Shown: piece after piece, positions 39,890-42,639 of the stretch
Position numbering within the stretch: position 1 is the stretch's first letter
Layout: every line of letters starts with the position of its first letter
Origin: Promethearchaeota archaeon
Lineage (GTDB): Archaea > Asgardarchaeota > Lokiarchaeia > Sigyniarchaeales > SOKP01
Direction: 5' to 3'
DNA: 42,639 nt
Assembly (NCBI GenBank): GCA_016839585.1
Contig: JAEOTZ010000047.1
Coordinates: forward strand, 1-42,639
The notes under the pieces: model-generated
Seen by the model: the letters and a program-made list of their open reading frames with translations, nothing else
Databases searched by the model: none
What the model was told of the DNA's origin: nothing
Translations under genes and position numbers: made by a program

Positions 39890-40339
39890 TTAAAATGCCA
39901 TTGAGTCTTCTGGTAATAAATTTACTGGTCGCCAAGTGATTTCATTTCTGTAGGTATGGATTGTAATATTTGCCCGTTCTGGTTGAAATCTTCCTTTATA
40001 ATGAAAGTTTCCGGAGCTGGGGATATAACAACCTAAAATACAAGTTAAAATCAATTCAGTAGAATAAATTGCGTTAAAAAAAGGTTTATTCTTTTTTCGT
40101 GGAAGATATCCTAATTTTCTAGTATCGTACCAAACACTTACAGCGAATCTATCATAAACATTATTTGGTTCTGGTCTTAATTCAAGCTCGGTTTTTGATG
40201 GTAATTTAGATAAATATTCACCATTATTTGTGTAATAAATGCCAACAATTTGAAGATGATAATAGCTGTCTTCTTTTAAATCATCATTTTGAGAATCAAT
40301 CATGCCTAAATTCAAAAATTTCTGGGGATTTCCTATCAA
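39890..40339 (-). CDS. Stand-alone HIRAN domain protein
   Basis: LRPEPNNVYDRFAVSV...KLGYLPR. Confidence 0.8.
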   Translation of the reverse strand: MIGNPQKFLNLGMIDSQNDDLKEDSYYHLQIVGIYYTNNGEYLSKLPSKTELELRPEPNNVYDRFAVSVWYDTRKLGYLPRKKNKPFFNAIYSTELILTCILGCYIPSSGNFHYKGRFQPERANITIHTYRNEITWRPVNLLPEDSMAF

Positions 40340-40466
40340 AACTCAATGGTTAGTTACTTATAGTGATACAAAATGATTTTCATTAATATTAAATGCGAGA
40401 TTAAGAGATTTTTAATTTGTAAATATAGATAAGATGAAAAAAAATTAGAAAAAATAAATTTAATAT

Positions 40467-40757
40467 TTAAACATTATTTCTTATTCTTTTCAATTCTATT
40501 TTAACTACATTCGTTCTGTCTGGGCATTCTAACTCAACGACGTCAGGATCGCTGCCCCATTCATCAGGAAATGATCCTCCAAACTGTAGCATTATAATGT
40601 AAGGAAAAATATCATGATAAAAAAAACCACATAACCCTCCCGCATTATGACCATCGAGTTCTATTTTATCTCCTATCTTATGACCAGCATTACAATGCCC
40701 CTTTATATCCTTTATAGTGCCAATAATTTGATAACCTACTTTTGGTTTATCTTCCAT
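40467..40757 (-). CDS. TIGR04076-like Cys-containing protein
   Basis: KGHCNAGHKIGD...LCGFFYH...CPD...VKIELKR. Confidence 0.75.
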   Translation of the reverse strand: MEDKPKVGYQIIGTIKDIKGHCNAGHKIGDKIELDGHNAGGLCGFFYHDIFPYIIMLQFGGSFPDEWGSDPDVVELECPDRTNVVKIELKRIRNNV

Positions 40758-40915
40758 TAATACCCCTCTTAAAAATTATGTTTTATAATCCTATATAGAG
40801 ATCTATTGCATAAATAATTTATAATACTAAAATTCGACCAATTTTTATTTCATAAAAGATAATTTTTTATTCCCATCAGCTTGTTGAATTCATAGATAAT
40901 AAGGTTTTTTTAAAA

Positions 40916-41425
40916 ATGACAATTACAGTAAAATTATATGGAGATTTAAGAGTAAGAGTAAAACAAGAAGGATTTGAAAGAGGGCTTCCAAGTACATTAA
41001 GTATCAAAAATAACAAAATGGATACTGTATTTGACGTTCTTGAAAAATTGAAGATTAATCAATCTGAGATTAGTCATATATTTGTTAATGGAAAATATTG
41101 TGGTCCAGGAAAAACATTAGGAGAAGGAGATCGGATTGGATTATTCCCTAAAAGAATGGCGTTAATATTTGTAGAAATAGTCAAAAACAATACAATTTCA
41201 GTTAAGATTAAATTTTATGCTAATTTAAGAAATTATGGCCCGCCAGAAGCATTTTTAGAATTACCAGAGGGAAGTACAGTAAATACAATAATCCAAAAAG
41301 CTAAAATTCCTAAAGAAGAACAGAATTTAAAAATATTAATAAATGGAAGACCACATCAAGATAAGACTACAGTTCTTAATGAGGGAGATATTGTGGCTAT
41401 TTTTCCACCAATTGGTGGAGGTTAA
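40916..41425 (+). CDS. Tandem MoaD/ThiS (SAMP-like) beta-grasp protein
   Basis: Two repeats of (V/I)K(L/F)Y..LR...(V/I)NG...L.EGD.(I/V)..FP; ends in PPIGGG. Confidence 0.85.
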   Translation: MTITVKLYGDLRVRVKQEGFERGLPSTLSIKNNKMDTVFDVLEKLKINQSEISHIFVNGKYCGPGKTLGEGDRIGLFPKRMALIFVEIVKNNTISVKIKFYANLRNYGPPEAFLELPEGSTVNTIIQKAKIPKEEQNLKILINGRPHQDKTTVLNEGDIVAIFPPIGGG

Positions 41426-41451
41426 TTCTCTTTTTAAATTAATTTATACTT

Positions 41452-41859
41452 TTAATCTTCTGCTTTTAGTCTTCTAATAGCTTCTTCTAAAAAACTTATA
41501 ATACGTTGTTTATATGAAGTTTGTTCTGGATAATTATAACTGAAAGTTTTCCAATAGGGACGTTTATGACCAACCTTAAATTTGGCTCCTTGCATTAAGG
41601 TAGTATATGAATTCGCATCAACTTTAGTAGCAATTTGATCTGCTATAATATACCAATGGAATTTTGTATTAATACTAGCACCTGTATTAACAGGAGCAGA
41701 GTGTATACGTGTTTTTATACTATCAAATTGAAAACTCCATCTATCAGGAGCAATTTTAGTCTCATGCCATTTTCCATTAGTATAGTTCCAGTTATGGGAT
41801 TTCCCTACTTTCATACCAGTATAAACTTTATTATTAAAAGTTTTAAGATTATTATACAT
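41452..41859 (-). CDS. Conserved-looking hypothetical protein
   Basis: Aromatic-rich ORF (YTGMKVGKSHNWNY...WHETK...HWYIIADQ). Confidence 0.7.
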   Translation of the reverse strand: MYNNLKTFNNKVYTGMKVGKSHNWNYTNGKWHETKIAPDRWSFQFDSIKTRIHSAPVNTGASINTKFHWYIIADQIATKVDANSYTTLMQGAKFKVGHKRPYWKTFSYNYPEQTSYKQRIISFLEEAIRRLKAED

Positions 41860-41998
41860 CTTCTTTCACTTATTATGACAAAATTATGAATTAAAAAGAA
41901 AGATCATTTAAATAAAATAAAAGAGCTAAGATTTTCTAATAATTATGTAAATAAGAGTATGATGCTAAAATGTTAGTTAAATATTAAATCTTTCTCAT

Positions 41999-42118
41999 TT
42001 AGAACGACAGAATTATTCGTTTTTGCATCTTTCTTTGATATTCTTGCAGATCTTCGCTGGGAGCCTCAATCTCCATCTTTTTATTTCTATAAATTCTATA
42101 AATTTCATAGGGCGTCAT
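41999..42118 (-). CDS. Possible 39-aa small protein
   Basis: MTPYEIYRIYRNKKMEIEAPSEDLQEYQRKMQKRIILSF, below the ORF-track cutoff and co-oriented with its neighbours. Confidence 0.35.
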   Translation of the reverse strand: MTPYEIYRIYRNKKMEIEAPSEDLQEYQRKMQKRIILSF

Positions 42119-42198
42119 AGATTAGCTATTTAGTTTAATCATTCAGGTTTGAAGTTTGATTCTGATAAATAAAAAATTATTTTGCAAAATAGTAAAAA

Positions 42199-42639
42199 TT
42201 ACCTGAAATTAAACAAGTTTCTCGCTTTATCAACAGTACTGGAATCAAATTTCTTAAATAAGGCATAAGCAGCAATTGGCACGACACATCCACAATTGTC
42301 ACATAAAAGTGGTGAATTTCCCATGACACAAAACTTTTGTTTTCCATCAGGATAGAAACTTTTTATTTGACCAGTTTTAAATATGCAATGTGGCACAAAT
42401 TCTTTTGACAGGTATACTTCTAACATTTTTTTGGAATAAAAAATAAAATTTCCATATTCACGCATTACTTTTAAAATGTCTTTTATTGTCTTTTTTAATA
42501 TATTACCTTTTAATAAAAGTGGGCTGTCAGGATAATCGGTATATAATAGAAAGACTAATCCAGAAGCACCATTATCGTGAGCAATCTTAACAATATCTTC
42601 AATTTCCTTATAATTTAATGTCATGATGGTTGATGTAAC
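42199..42639 (-). CDS. C-terminal part of a probable radical SAM protein (5' end outside the window)
   Basis: TLNYKEIEDIV and Cys cluster C...CVMG...CDNCGC; the frame runs off the window edge. Confidence 0.6.
   Translation of the reverse strand, partial: VTSTIMTLNYKEIEDIVKIAHDNGASGLVFLLYTDYPDSPLLLKGNILKKTIKDILKVMREYGNFIFYSKKMLEVYLSKEFVPHCIFKTGQIKSFYPDGKQKFCVMGNSPLLCDNCGCVVPIAAYALFKKFDSSTVDKARNLFNFR

Noticed and set aside
8465-41889. Other short overlapping ORFs (e.g. 8465, 11986, 12897, 14765, 26132, 27727, 33529, 36055, 41635)
   Set aside because: Nested in or antisense to well-supported genes, with no motifs.
1-42639. CRISPR arrays, tRNA/rRNA genes, IS transposases, selenoprotein UGA
   Set aside because: None recognisable by eye. 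A computational BHB scan could still reveal in-frame introns I missed.

Overview
Low-GC archaeal chromosomal window. The gene content (TFB, three RFC subunits, grpE-dnaK-dnaJ, a CdrS-like RHH protein, many small Zn-ribbon proteins and a giant helical-repeat protein) fits an Asgard (Lokiarchaeia-like) genome; this taxonomy is inferred. The main result is two 30-31 nt bulge-helix-bulge (BHB) mini-introns in protein-coding genes, both missed by the ORF track: 8087-8116 (+) in an unannotated four-CxxC zinc protein and 20954-20984 (-) in an Fe-S/CCG oxidoreductase. Cutting at the canonical tRNA-splicing-endonuclease positions restores both reading frames, and in the second gene it rebuilds a CxxCxxC motif. 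Each intron lies within about 0.2-0.5 kb of a free-standing homing-endonuclease-domain locus (LAGLIDADG at 5815-7869; a GIY-YIG cassette at 21499-25067). This suggests a collaborative-homing system of an endonuclease plus a protective mRNA mini-intron. Other points: likely non-canonical start codons, a degenerate second small RFC subunit, a perfect palindrome in the grpE leader, a multi MIT/TPR-like repeat protein and a tandem ubiquitin-like MoaD/SAMP protein.
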